A DNA stretch of 64,000 nucleotides from an uncultured Methanomicrobiaceae archaeon (GCA_963826525.1 CAWGXH010000003.1:384001-448000), one strand, 5' to 3'. Shown: positions 1 through 11,426, counted from the first letter of the stretch. The notes: a model not told the origin generated them from the letters alone. Numbers and translations are program-made.

Positions 1-17
1 ACCCGGAGGCTGATGGC

Positions 18-1026
18 ATGACCTTCCTCGAGACCGTGCTGACGATCCTCTTCGGCACCGTCGCGCTGGCGATCTTCGGCATGGTCGCCGGGCTCTTCTT
101 CCTCGGCGTCGACCGGAAGTTCGCCGCCCACATGCAGGCACGGATAGGGCCGCCGCTCCGCCAGCCGTTCATCGACGTGATGAAACTCTTCCACAAAGAG
201 AATATCATCCCCGAGAATGCGATCCCCTGGCTCTTCAACGGCGCACCCATCCTCGCGCTCGCCTCGTCGATCACGATCCTGCTCTACCTGCCGTTCGGCA
301 GCCTCGGGCCGGTCTTCGGCAGCGCCGGCGACGTGATCCTGGTCATGTACCTCCTCACTGTCCCGGCGCTTGCGATGGTCGTCGGCGGGTTCGCCTCCGG
401 GTCGCCCTACGCGACGGTAGGCGCCCAGCGTGAGATGGTGATCCTGATGGCCTACGAGCTCCCCCTCGCGATCGCGATCGTCGCCATCGCCTGGCGGCTC
501 TCGATGGCCGGGATAGCCGATCCCTTCTCCCTCGTCACGATCTCGGCAAACCCCATCTGGGGTGTCGTCGGGCCGGTCGGGATCCTCGGCTGCCTCATCC
601 TCCTCGCGATCCTGGCATGGGTGACCCCGGCGGAAGCTATCACGGATTCCGTTCGATGCGCAGGAAGCCGAGACGGAACTTGCGGGCGGACTGCTCGTCG
701 AGTACTCGGGGAAAAATTTCGGTCTCTTCTACATCGCCCAGGGCGTGAAGACGATCGTGATGGCCGCGCTTGCGGTCGCTCTCTTCCTGCCGTGGAACAT
801 CTCGAGTTTCATCGCGATGGCGCCGGGCGTCGCCGTGGTCGTGGACTTCGCGTTCTTCCTCGTGAAGGTGCTGCTCGTGGTCTTCTTCTCGATCTCCCTG
901 ATCCGGGTCTCGATGGCCCGGTTCCGGATAACGCAGATCGTCTCGATCTACTGGATATGGCTCGGGCTCGCGGGTTTCGTCGGCCTCGGCCTGATCGGGA
1001 TCGATGCACTGCTTGCAGGAGTGTGA
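18..1026 (+). CDS. Membrane subunit of energy-converting group-4 [NiFe] hydrogenase (NuoH/HyfC/MbhM-like); one apparent frameshift near 640
   Basis: DRKFAAHMQARIGPPLRQPFIDVMKL NuoH N-terminal motif; after a frame change RIPFDAQEAETELAGGLLVEYSG and ...SMARFRITQ, ending in ORF 745..1026. Confidence 0.88.
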
Positions 1027-1032
1027 TATCGA

Positions 1033-1437
1033 ATGGCAACATTACCCATGATACCGGAGCTTCTCCGGCAGCTCTTCAGGACCCCGGCGACGAACGCCTT
1101 CCCGGCAAAGTACCTCCCGCCCTCGGTGACGGGATTTCTGGCGAAGGTCGGCAGGGGCGAGGCTGCGATCCATCCGCCGGTGGCGGTGCCGAAGGACTTC
1201 CGGGGCAAGATCACCTACGACCCGGCCGGGTGCACGGGCTGCAGCCTCTGTGCGAAGGTATGCCCGTCGCACGCCATCGAGGTGCTGAAGGACGAAAAGA
1301 GGATCCGGATCTACATCTCGCAGTGCATCTTCTGCTCGCAGTGCACGGATATATGCCCGAAAGGCTCGCTCGCGATGAGCGATGTGTTCCTGCTCGCCGA
1401 CGAGGACCGCTACGCCGATAATCTCATCGTCGAGTGA
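1033..1437 (+). CDS. 2x[4Fe-4S] ferredoxin-like hydrogenase subunit (NuoI/MbhN-like)
   Basis: Two CxxCxxCxxxCP motifs (CTGCSLCAKVCP, CIFCSQCTDICP); PATNAFP...FRGKI; follows NuoH-like gene. Confidence 0.9.
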   Translation: MATLPMIPELLRQLFRTPATNAFPAKYLPPSVTGFLAKVGRGEAAIHPPVAVPKDFRGKITYDPAGCTGCSLCAKVCPSHAIEVLKDEKRIRIYISQCIFCSQCTDICPKGSLAMSDVFLLADEDRYADNLIVE

Positions 1438-1876
1438 GCGAGAGCAGTTCGATATCGAACACCCGCTCTTTTTTCAGCATAGTGATCAGCCGCTCGGCAC
1501 CCTCGATGACGGGCTCCGAGAGTCCTTCGCCGTCCCGGACGTTCTCCGGCTCGATACCGATAAAGAGGATCGTCTCCGCCGCATCCGCGAGAAAATCGAT
1601 GAGGTGCGAGAGGGGGAGGGCATGGGTGCCGATGCTGACGTCCTCTATCTCCTCTTTTGGAACACGCCGGAATTCGCCGGGGGGGATACCCATCCGGCCT
1701 GCATCCACGAAGACGAGAAGGTCGGGGTGGCTCCGCCGGACGACCGAGGTGAAGTTCTCCGGCACCGTCCCGCAGTCGACTGCAGTCCAGCCGGTGCCCT
1801 CCATCCGATGAGCGATATAGTTCCCCACACCGTCGTCCCGGCGGAGGGTGTTTCCTATCCCGAGCAGCATCTTCAT
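1424..1876 (-). CDS. hycI: Hydrogenase maturation endopeptidase
   Basis: LLGIGNTLRRDDGVG, DCGTVPENF, VFVDA, GTHALPL motifs; start taken at MKMLLG; convergent with hydrogenase operon. Confidence 0.9.
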   Translation of the reverse strand: MKMLLGIGNTLRRDDGVGNYIAHRMEGTGWTAVDCGTVPENFTSVVRRSHPDLLVFVDAGRMGIPPGEFRRVPKEEIEDVSIGTHALPLSHLIDFLADAAETILFIGIEPENVRDGEGLSEPVIEGAERLITMLKKERVFDIELLSLTRR

Positions 1877-2100
1877 GTGGCGGTACTGTGGACGCCATGA
1901 GGGAAAATTCTGGCGATCCGCCCTGTTCTGAGCCCGGTTTGCACCGGCCGGTGCGAGGGGTCGCAAACTCGCCGGAAAGTGCGAGAAAAACGCCCATATT
2001 ATCCGTTATTTCCGGATACCGGAGAGCAGGTAGCAGAAAATATATAACCAAATTGATCATTGGTAGATATATCCCACCTCGGGAAGGAGGTGTATCGCCC

Positions 2101-2193
2101 ATGGCAGGAAAGGACAAGAAGGCACCGGCACAGGCACCGGCTCAGGCACCGGCAAAGAAGTCGGAGAAGCAGGAGAAGGGAAAGAGGAAATAA
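2101..2193 (+). CDS. Small Lys/Ala-rich basic peptide (30 aa, MAGKDKKAPAQAPAQAPAKKSEKQEKGKRK)
   Basis: GGAGGTG Shine-Dalgarno at 2086-2092, AT-rich TATA-like AAAATATATA at ~2037-2046, host-like codon use; no family recognised. Confidence 0.6.
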   Translation: MAGKDKKAPAQAPAQAPAKKSEKQEKGKRK

Positions 2194-2238
2194 GGCTCCC
2201 GTAGTACACACCCTTAATCTCCCATTTCTTACCACGCA

Positions 2239-2273
2239 CCACCCCCGGCCATCCGATGTTTCCCCGGGGGTGG
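2239..2273. other. Inverted repeat / hairpin (10-bp stem CCACCCCCGG...CCGGGGGTGG)
   Basis: Perfect inverted repeat read directly, downstream of the small ORF; function unknown. Confidence 0.5.
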
Positions 2274-2340
2274 AAAACGCCCGTGCATGCCCCTGAATTT
2301 TTTCAAAGAGTTCATATCCGGAGTCGGCAGATCTTTTTCC

Positions 2341-3182
2341 GTGACACTGCAAAGGTACATCGCTCTCGGTATCTGTATTCTTCTCGTATGCACGGCTGCC
2401 GGCTGCCTTCAGCCGCAGGAACCGGATTCTTTCGGCCACGGAAAGTGATGAGATGCTCGTCCTTCTCGACGAGATGCGGGGCGATATCGATGCCGCCCTG
2501 GCAGGGCTCGATGCCCGGGTCGCAGGCACGGCGGAGAACCTGACCGCGACCGGGCTTGCGGGCGACGAGGCACGGGCGCTCCTTGCAGAGAGCCTCGCTG
2601 CCGACCCGCTCATCGCCACCGCCATCACGATCGACCAAAGCGGCACCGTCGCCGCGGCGGTTCCCGATTCGCTCGAAGGGCTCGTCGGCGAGGATCTCAG
2701 CCACCAGGAGGTCGTCCGGGAGACGTTCGAGCGGAAGGTGCCGGTGATGACCGGCCGTGCCCCCCTCGCGGAGGGCGGCTATGCCGTGATCCTCCAGTAC
2801 CCGTCTTCTCGGCGGACGGCAGCCTTATCGGGGCGACGAGCATCACCTTCGATCCCTACGTGCTGCTGAAGGGCGAGATCGAGCCGGTGCTGAACGGCAC
2901 GCCCTATACGGCGATGGTGGCCGAGACCGACGGCACCATCCTCTACGACGCCGACCCGGCCGAGATTACGAAGGAGACCTTCAACGAGTCGCTGTACGAA
3001 GAGTTCCCCGGGGTCATTGCGTTCGCCCGGAGTACGCGCAGAATCGGTCGGGGAACGCGACGTACTCGTTCTACGACACCGGTTTTAACCACGTCGTGCA
3101 GAAAGAGGCCTTCTGGACGACGGTCGGGCTGCACGGGACGGAGTGGCGGCTGATCATTATCAGGGAGATCGGGGAGGCGTAG
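2341..3182 (+). CDS. Cache-domain lipoprotein (several apparent frameshifts)
   Basis: GTG start, hydrophobic leader with AAGC lipobox; ITIDQSGTV...GEDLSHQE, AETDGTILYDAD, ...EAFWTTVGLHGTEWRL Cache-like segments. Confidence 0.7.
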
Positions 3183-3297
3183 CGTGGGAGAGGGTCAGGA
3201 TATTTCCACGCCCGGAGCCGGCGGAGCGGTGCCGCTCCCGCAGTCGCAGAGAAAGGTTTACAGCCGATGGCCGCAGCCATACTTTTTCAGGAATACC

Positions 3298-3806
3298 ATG
3301 ATCGCTCGCGTCGCCGTCGGCACCCTTGCTCTTCTCCTGCTTCTCGTCCCGGTGAGTGCCGGTATCCCCGGGACGATGAACCTCGGGATGCAGGGCGTAT
3401 CAATCCGACGCCCATAACCGACCTCACGTTTAACGGGAGCACGTCCCCCTCCGGGCCGCTCGAACCTTCCGAAATCGTCCGGCTGACGCTTGCGATCTCT
3501 CCGAAATACCCCTGTCAAAACGTGACCATCCGCTTTCTCATTCCCAAGGGGATTAGACCTCGTCGACGGTGAAACCGAATACTTCTACGAAAATATAAGC
3601 GGCGGAGACCTTCAGGAAACGAGTGTTGTGGCGAATGTCACCGACGATAGTCATCTCCTGGGCGAACAGGCATTGTATCCGGGTATGTCCACTATAACAG
3701 CAATGACACTACCGACTTGACTGAATACTACTTTTTCTGTCGCCCACCGGAGAAACCCTGGTATGCAAAGATACTGAAATCTGTTTTTAACTTTTTCTTC
3801 TCGTAA
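3298..3806 (+). CDS. Secreted protein of unknown function, tandem paralog A (frameshifted)
   Basis: Signal peptide MIARVAVGTLALLLLLVPVSA; high nucleotide similarity to 4197..4707. Confidence 0.6.
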
Positions 3807-4196
3807 TCATTGTTATTAAGCAATTTCAACGCAGCAAATCTATTTTCAGGCAAAGGGCGAATGCCGGATGAGAATAACTTTTTGAGCGATTTTTCGGATA
3901 ACAAAAAGCAAGGTCGCTGTAAACTCGAACTTGACGTGATATTTCCCTGTTGCTCCGGACTATGGTATATATTCGTTTTTATTTTAGTAGGAATCGAATA
4001 CTTGATATATTGGATAAGTAAAGTAACTCTCTATCTCTCTCACCGGAGCGCTTCGTAGAAACGGTGCAGTGGAAAGGTAGATGGCGAGGGTCATTCAGCC
4101 GTCAATGTTGAAGTGATTCCTCCCGGTGCCGGAGTGCCTGGGTGCTGAGGAGCAGAGTTCGCTCATCCTCCGGTGCGTTCACTGGAGGTAATCGTG

Positions 4197-4707
4197 ATGA
4201 ATGTTTACTATTGGTTAGTCGGTCTGGTTGCCGCATTGATAGTGTGTGCCCCGGTGAGTGCCGGTGGACCCGAAAATATAATCGTGGAGGTGCAGGGCGG
4301 TCAATCCGATGTCATGACCGACCTCACGTTTAACGGGAGCACCTCCACCTCCGGGCCGCTGGAACCCGGTGAAATCGATCCAGCTCACGTTTGCGCTCTC
4401 TCCGAAATAACCCTCTCAAAACGTGACCGTCCGCTACAACATTCCTGAGGGGATAGACCTCGTTGACGGTGAGACCGAATACTTCTACGAGGATATAGAC
4501 GGCGGAGACCTTCAGGAAACGAGTGTTGTGGTGAATGTCACCGACGATATGCATCTCTTAAGTCTAAAAGTCATCGTATCCGGATACGTCCACTATAACA
4601 GCAATGACACTGCCGACTTGATTGAAGATTACTTTTTCTGTCGCCCACCGGAGAAACCCTGGTACGCAAAGGTGCTGGAATCTGTTTTTAACTTTTTCTT
4701 CTCGTAA
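4197..4707 (+). CDS. Secreted protein of unknown function, tandem paralog B (frameshifted)
   Basis: GGAGGT SD, signal peptide MNVYYWLVGLVAALIVCAPVSA; shares DLTFNGSTSxSGPLEP and the C-terminal RPPEKPWYAK...FNFFFS with paralog A. Confidence 0.62.
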
Positions 4708-4900
4708 TATCAGCCTGCTTGCGACCACCCTCCTCGCTCCTCGCCATCCTCCTCCTGCTCCGGCGTTCCCGCTCCGGCAGGGGTCGCTCGCATGGTTCGG
4801 GGCTATCGAGGCCGGGAATGGGCGCCCTCCCCGTTCTGCCCGATCTCCGTGCCGAATAAAAACCGGACGAGTTATCATTCTCCGGAGTGACGTGGTCATA

Positions 4901-5116
4901 ATGCGCACAGTCTCCCGCCGTTATGCCTCGGTCGTCGTTCTCCTCCTGGCGGCACTGCTCGCGAGCGGCTGCTGCGATATCATCCCGGGATGCGCACCGC
5001 TCACCCCCGGCCACCGGGACTTCGAGGGCGATATCCGGGCGATGAAACTCGATGCGGCCGGGAACCGGGAGTGGTTCCGGCTGCCCTCCGCGGCGGTTAT
5101 GGCGCATCCTGCGTGA
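4901..5116 (+). pseudogene. Truncated lipoprotein (beta-propeller-type surface family remnant)
   Basis: LLASGC lipobox then DIRAMKLDAAGNREW, resembling KVSAAGDIQW repeats at ~60.7 kb; ends early. Confidence 0.45.
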
Positions 5117-5248
5117 CTCCGGAGATCGCACCCTTGCGGTATATATGACGTATCCCCATTTTTCCGGTCAAATGTCCGGGAGATTATGCCATTCTCATCG
5201 ACTGCGAGTATCCTTTTTCACGGTTCGCCCCAAATATACTAAACACAG

Positions 5249-5953
5249 ATGAGCATATCAGGTGCGAACCGGAGAGCGCCGGTGCGGGTCACGGGCGTCG
5301 TTACCGACCGCAGCGGCAACGGGATCGAGATATTCGACCCGCCGTTCTACCGCGAGGAGTTCGAGGCCGCGTACCGCTATATCATCGACGAGTACCGGGT
5401 CGAGCCGCGAGAGATCGCCCTCTTTCTCCCCTGCGCCGTCCGGAAACCCTACAGCCAGAGCCCGAGCCACAAACTCTTCCGGAAGATCATCGACGGCGTC
5501 CTCGCTCCCGAGGAGTACCATATCGTCATCTTCGGGACGTGCGGAACCGTCCCTGCGGAGCTCGAACTGATGTACCCGTTCCGGCACTACCACTACATGC
5601 TCGGCAAGGCCACTGACGAAAAAATCCGGCGGGACTTTCACCGGATCGAGGTCTACCGGCTCAGCGGCTACCTCGAAAAGACCCGGTATACCTACTATAA
5701 AAGGCTCGCCTACTGCATCGGCCCGTTCCGGAAAGCGATGGTCGAGGCGTCGCAGGCGACCGGCATACCCGTCGACCTGCTGCCGTCCGACCCGATGATC
5801 GAACGGATGTACGATATCGACTGCCCGTTCCCGGAAGGAAGCCTCTCGATGCAGGCGTATATCGACGAGTTCCGGGCGGGGATCGCGGGGCTTGCACGGG
5901 CATGCGGCAGATCTTCCGTCCCGGTCGAGGGAGCGTGCCGGATCTCCGTATAG
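5249..5953 (+). CDS. DUF5591 / ArcS-like motif protein
   Basis: PCAVRKPYSQSPSH matches the PCx3KPYx2Sx2H motif of archaeosine synthase-related domains. Confidence 0.75.
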   Translation: MSISGANRRAPVRVTGVVTDRSGNGIEIFDPPFYREEFEAAYRYIIDEYRVEPREIALFLPCAVRKPYSQSPSHKLFRKIIDGVLAPEEYHIVIFGTCGTVPAELELMYPFRHYHYMLGKATDEKIRRDFHRIEVYRLSGYLEKTRYTYYKRLAYCIGPFRKAMVEASQATGIPVDLLPSDPMIERMYDIDCPFPEGSLSMQAYIDEFRAGIAGLARACGRSSVPVEGACRISV

Positions 5954-6488
5954 TTTCTCTTCCCCGGCGCTCTTTTTTGGGAATGGTTCTCGCTTGCGCA
6001 TTCCTTGGTGCCGGAAGATCCGGGCGCTCTGGAGCATGCTCGTCGGTAAAACCTGCTCTCTCCTGTCGGTCGAAGTGCCGAAGAGGTTACTCCGGAGAAG
6101 ATCCTCGATAACGTCCGGTTTCCGGGTAGATCGGGCCTGCCGTCACGGGGGTATGAGAAGAGGAGGGGCGGCGGCAATCCTGCAGCAGGAGCGGGAACTC
6201 CTGGGGAACCCCCGGAGCCCGCCTCGATCCCCGACCGGGGACGTGCAGATGTGGTTGCCCGGAGAAGCCCCGCCAGAGGTACTCTCATTCCTGGCATGGG
6301 CTGCCCCGTAGAGATAAACAGGGGGAGGTATATTCTATCATTTATATATTTATCGGAGAATGGTTATTGCAGGAGCGTATGCAGCACCATGACGACTCTC
6401 TCCTCCAAAAGAGCCGCCGGAGCACCGCATGGCCGGCACCGTCGATAGGGCCGCTGGTATTATCTCATCCTGCGCCTATGCGCAGTCG

Positions 6489-7553
6489 ATGCAGAACCGG
6501 TACGATCTCGTCGTGGTCGGTGCGGGCCCGGCAGGCAGCACCGCCGCACGCTACGCGGCAGAGCAGGGGTCAAGCGTCCTCCTGCTCGACAAGAAGAAGA
6601 CGATAGGCGTCCCCGTCTGCTGCGGGGAGTTCATCCCCTCCGGTGCGGTGACCGCGGATGCCTTCCCGAACGCCCCGGGCGTCGAAGATCTCTTTCCCGT
6701 CGATCCGGGTCTCGTCGAGCGGGATATCAGGGAGGTTGTCGTCAGATCGCCGAAGGGCAGGGAGTACCACTTTTCCCTCGAGGGCTGCACCGTCCGCCGC
6801 GACGCCTTCGACCGGCACCTGGCGGATGCGGCTGCCGGGGCGGGGGCTACGATCGTCACCGATACGAAATTTCTCGGCCTTGACGGCCACCGTGTCGCGA
6901 CGACCCGCGGCACCTTCGAGGCAGGCGTCGTGATCGCCGCGGACGGCCCGCTCTCGTCGGTCTGCCGCTCGGCAGGCCTCGAGCGGAGTTGCACCCTCTC
7001 TCCCGCCGTCACCTGCCGCGTGGACGGCGAATTTCCGGATGGACTGCAGATCTTCTTCGGCAACCGAATCGCGCCGGGAGGCTATGCGTGGATCTTCCCG
7101 AAACAGGGGTGCGCCAACGTCGGGCTCGGGGTGCAGCGCTCCGGTGCCCCGGTGCGAAGACTCCTCGAGGCCTTCCTCGCGGAGCACGGGTATGCAAGCG
7201 GAGCGATGCAGGCCTGCTTCATCCCGGTCTCGGGGCCGATCGAAAAGACCGTGCAGGGAAACGTCCTCGCCGTCGGGGATGCCGCCGGGCATGTCGTCGC
7301 GTCGAACGGCGGCGGGATCTCGATAGCGATGATCTGCGGCAGGCTTGCCGGACTCGCGGCGGCCCGCCATCTCCGGGAGGGCGAATCCCTGACGGCGTAC
7401 GAGCGGGACTGGCGCGCTGCGGTAGGGCAGGGAACTTGCAACCGCCGCCAGGATGAAACAGCAGGCTGACCGCTTCCTCGTATCCGACTTCCTCCTCGAA
7501 CAGATGATGAAGCGGCTCGGCGTTGCGGGTATCAAACGGCTGATGGTGTATAA
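6489..7553 (+). CDS. Geranylgeranyl reductase family FAD-dependent oxidoreductase (frameshift near 7430)
   Basis: VVGAGPAGS Rossmann motif, AADG, PGGYAWIFPK, VGDAAG...NGGGI. Confidence 0.9.
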
Positions 7554-7620
7554 CGGTACCGGCCGGCCCGGGCAGGCGGATCTGGCACTATAATCTCGTA
7601 TCCGGCACCGATCTCTAGGG

Positions 7621-8312
7621 ATGCAAACCGCTGTGAAGATATGTGCGATTACGGGAAGTCCGCGGGGGATGCGGAGCCGGACGAGGAAGACTTGCCGGCT
7701 TTCTGCTCGCGGGTGCGGAGGAGGTCGGGGCAGAGGTCGACCTGATCGATCTCGCCGATATGCGGATCACGCCCTGCATCGCCTGCGACGAGCTGCAGCC
7801 TTGACGGGACGTGCATCTACACCGACGACTTCGCCCCGCTCTACGAGCGGATGCTGGATGCCGACGGCCTGGTCCTGGCATCCCCGGTCTACGTCGACAA
7901 CGTCTCCGCGCAGATGAAGATCCTCATCGACCGGCTCGCAGACGTTATCCACTACCAGACCCTCGCCGGGAAGTACGGCTGCAGCCTCGCCACCACCTGG
8001 AGTTCCGGGGGTGCGGAGGTGGTCGCGTATCTGAACCACGTCCAGAACTACCTCGGGGCGCTTGCAATCGGCGGGCTGAGCGTTCCGCTCGGCGACGACC
8101 CGGGGGCGATCGATGCTGCGGAGCCCGCGGCACGCGACCTGGGGCGAAGGCTCGCACAGGCTATCCGGACGCGGCCGCGGTATCCCGACCAGGAGGCGGA
8201 GATTGCCGAAAATCGTGAATGCTTCGCCGCAATCGTTCGGGAGAACCGGGACGTCCGTCCGGATGAGTACGAGCGGTGGGTGCGGGAAGGCTGGATCCGG
8301 GACAAGGAGTGA
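7621..8312 (+). CDS. Iron-sulfur flavoprotein / NADPH-dependent FMN reductase (flavodoxin family; frameshifted)
   Basis: ITGSPRG, PCIACD..C..TGTC, ADGLVLASPVY..VSAQMK.LIDR. Confidence 0.85.
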
Positions 8313-8318
8313 GCGGCT

Positions 8319-9206
8319 CTACTGGCAAAGCGCTATCCGGCCGCCGTCCCGGGTGAGGAACCCTTCCGCTTCGAGGCACCCGAGGATCCGGCTTATCCTG
8401 CCCGGGTCGCCGCCCAGATGCCGGATCACGTCATCCTCGGCGAGGGCTCCCTCCTTGAGGAGCAGCGCGAGCACCCTGCCCCGGAGCTGCCGGTCAGACC
8501 CCTCGAAACGGCTCTGCACGGTATACGCCGCGCTCCGCCGGTTCGGGTTCACCGTCCGCTTTGAAAGCACCGTCCCGTAGTCCATGAGTGCGGAGTACCA
8601 CGTCCGTGCATCATCGTGGAGAAGCGCCTGCTCGATGATCGGCAGAAGCTCCTCGTCCCGAATATCCGCCCGGTCTTCGAAGAAGAAGTGGATGAAGATC
8701 CGCCGGATATTCGTCTCGATGTAGACCACCGGCAGGTTGAACGCGTAGGCGGCGATGGCTGCTGCGGTTGCCTGCCCGATCCCCGGGAAGGTCGTCAGCG
8801 TCTCGGGATCTGCCGGGAGAACTCCGCCGAACTCTTCAACGACCCGCTGCGCCGTCTTCTGGAGGGCTATCGCCCGCCGGTTGTAGCCGAGACCCTGCCA
8901 GGCTTCGAGGACGTCGCTCAAGGGAGCCCGGGCAAGTCTCGCAACGTCCGGGAACCGCTCGATGAAGGCCTCGTATTTAGGAACGACCCGATCCACCTGC
9001 GTCTGCTGGAGCATCAGCTCCGAGACGAGGATCCGGTAGGGGTCGCTCGTCCGACGCCAGGGGAGGTCGCGCCCGTACTCCCGGTAGTGCCGGCAGATCA
9101 GCTCCCGGAAGAGCGCGATCGCCCCGGGGGTGATCCCTTCCTGCCTGACCGTCGCAAGCAGCCGCTTTTCGAGGTCGTTCTGGCCGGTATCGAGGGTGTG
9201 GTTCAC
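8319..9206 (-). CDS. mutY: A/G-specific adenine glycosylase (HhH-GPD), short form
   Basis: GRDLPWR, PYRILVSELMLQQTQV, WQGLGYNRRA, PGIGQATA; start uncertain. Confidence 0.88.
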   Translation of the reverse strand: MNHTLDTGQNDLEKRLLATVRQEGITPGAIALFRELICRHYREYGRDLPWRRTSDPYRILVSELMLQQTQVDRVVPKYEAFIERFPDVARLARAPLSDVLEAWQGLGYNRRAIALQKTAQRVVEEFGGVLPADPETLTTFPGIGQATAAAIAAYAFNLPVVYIETNIRRIFIHFFFEDRADIRDEELLPIIEQALLHDDARTWYSALMDYGTVLSKRTVNPNRRSAAYTVQSRFEGSDRQLRGRVLALLLKEGALAEDDVIRHLGGDPGRISRILGCLEAEGFLTRDGGRIALCQ

Positions 9207-9511
9207 CCGCAGGTACTCAGTCGGAGAGGTGCAAATACCTTCGTCCTCACCGCCCGGACGGGGGCATCCCTTCCCGGTGAGAACGCAGCGCACCGGGGGC
9301 TCTCCGCGAGAGCGCCGAAGGGGATGGATACCGGGATGAATGCCATCCCCGGCAGGCCGACGGCGTACATGAGCCGGTGTCCTCGAGAAACGGGAGGATC
9401 AGGAAGAGGAGGGAGAGATTCGGGACGAAGACGAGGGCGGCGCCGACGAGTGAGGCGAGCCGGTGCAGGCTCGATCGGAACGGCGACCGCACGAAAAAAT
9501 GAGTATTGGTT

Positions 9512-10819
9512 TTATACGGGCGTCTCTTCACCGGCCCGAATCTCTTCCCCCAGGGCTTCCTCCGCCGCGGTGCAGCCAAGTTCGGAGGTGAGCATATCCA
9601 GGTAGTTGATGAGGAGCCGGGTGATGAGGAAGTTCTGCCGGACGTACTCCTTTCCGGCGGCGCCCATCCGCGCTCCGAGCTCGGGGTCCTCGAGGATCGT
9701 AAGGACGCGGTCGGCACAGCCGGCGATATCGGTCGGGTCGACCAGGTAGCCCGTCACGCCGTCCTGGATCTGGAGCGGGATGCCGCCCACCCGTCCGGCG
9801 ATGACCGGCCGGCCCTTCCAGAGTGCCTCGGTGACGGTCAGCCCGAAGCCTTCCTTGAGCGACTTCTGCAGAACCACGACCGATACCCGCTGCAGTGCGT
9901 TGACGAGGAGGTGGTCCTCGGCGGTGAGCAGGATCAGATCGCCGCTCTCGATCAGGTCGCCTGCGGCCTCTTCGACCTGCCGGTAGATCATCCAGCCCTC
10001 GGGGTCGTCGGGAGCCATGCTGCCGCAGAGCACGAGGCGGCAGTCAACCTTCTCGCGGACGAGCTTGAATACCTCGACGACGCCGACGGGGTCCTTCCAC
10101 TTGTCGAACCGGGAGATCTGGGTGATGAGGGGCTTGTCGATCGGAACGCCGTAGCGCTTGAGGAGCCCGTCGATCTCGGCGTCGGTAAGATCGCGGTTCT
10201 TCTCTGAGAGCGGGTCGATCGCGGGGCGGATGATCCGCTGCTCTTTCGCCAGGCTCGCCCGCCGGTAATCATCGTGCGAGATGATCATGCCGTCGTAGAG
10301 CTCGACGTAGTCCTGGAGGAACTTCCAGAGGTCGTGGTCGGGCCTCGAGAGGTCGATGTGGCAGCGCCAGATCCAGGGCTGCTTCTTCTCGTAGAAGTTG
10401 ATCAGCGGCAGCGGCTGGGGGTCGTGGATGACGACCAGGTCGTGGTCGACCACGAGCTTGGTCGAGAACTCCTGGTTCGTGGTGACGTACACCGACTTTT
10501 CACGATCTGAGAACGTTATCCGCTGCCCCTGCAGCGCATTGTGGAAGTTCTTGGTGATCGTGAAGAACTCGGAGTTGCCCGTGATGATCTTCCACTCGGT
10601 CTCGATCCCGACGTTGTTCATCAGCGGTACGAGCGAGAGGATCATCTCGGCAACCCCACCGCTCTGGTAGGTGGAGTTGACGTGCAGTATCCTCTTGCCC
10701 TGTAAGACGGCCGCCTTCCGGTAAATCTCCGAAATAACGTCGTCTCCGACTATTGGCCGGTAGTCTTCCAGCGTCCGCCCGTTGTCGCATATGCAGGTGA
10801 TGCCTTGCAGGAATGCCAT
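9512..10819 (-). CDS. treT: Trehalose synthase, GT4 glycosyltransferase
   Basis: HVNSTYQSGGVAE, IHDPQP, WRCHID, SRFDKWKDP, KEGFGLTVTEALWK. Confidence 0.88.
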   Translation of the reverse strand: MAFLQGITCICDNGRTLEDYRPIVGDDVISEIYRKAAVLQGKRILHVNSTYQSGGVAEMILSLVPLMNNVGIETEWKIITGNSEFFTITKNFHNALQGQRITFSDREKSVYVTTNQEFSTKLVVDHDLVVIHDPQPLPLINFYEKKQPWIWRCHIDLSRPDHDLWKFLQDYVELYDGMIISHDDYRRASLAKEQRIIRPAIDPLSEKNRDLTDAEIDGLLKRYGVPIDKPLITQISRFDKWKDPVGVVEVFKLVREKVDCRLVLCGSMAPDDPEGWMIYRQVEEAAGDLIESGDLILLTAEDHLLVNALQRVSVVVLQKSLKEGFGLTVTEALWKGRPVIAGRVGGIPLQIQDGVTGYLVDPTDIAGCADRVLTILEDPELGARMGAAGKEYVRQNFLITRLLINYLDMLTSELGCTAAEEALGEEIRAGEETPV

Positions 10820-11426
10820 TTCTCTCCCTCCCGGTGCAGATCGGCAGGTATTTAACCTCCGCCCCTCTGCAGTGCACTATAAGTCACTATGAGAATATAA
10901 ATATATCGGCCATGCAATAAAATTGATTCATGGCATTTGGGCGAAAATATCGCCAATACAGTCTAATATCTTTTCCGGAATACCCCGTTTGACTATCAGG
11001 CCGTTTCTGTCGGTGGGGCATAACCGGCCGACCTCCGGCGAGATCCCGGCCCCGGCGGGGGGTGGGCGCGAAGGGCGGAGATGCGTTATTCCACCGCTCT
11101 TGCATACTCGTCGAAGGGACTCCTCCGTCCCGCACGCGAGAAGAAGTCTGGATTGGCTGTACGCAGGTGCTGAAGATACCCGGGTTACTTCGGCGCCACC
11201 CTGCCCCGATACGCCCGGGTGATCCCGGGTGGCGCGGCGAGTGCAGAAACCATACATACCTTCGCTCCGCGGGGCGCTCCTCCCCGGGATATCCGGTTTG
11301 GACCGTTACCCGGAGAACTTCCGCTGCTCCTATCGCCGATAGTACATCGAGGTGCTATACTACAGGCAAGACCCTGTGGTTGTCACCTCTATACATTTAT
11401 TGCGGTCAGGTGCAAGAACTCTCCCC

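Noticed and set aside
4041-4175. Known ncRNA (tRNA, SRP, RNase P, riboswitch)
   Set aside because: Only an 8-bp closing inverted repeat; no diagnostic motifs recognised.
3401-4707. DGR-like TR/VR relation between the tandem paralogues
   Set aside because: Substitutions affect all bases; this is an ordinary gene duplication.
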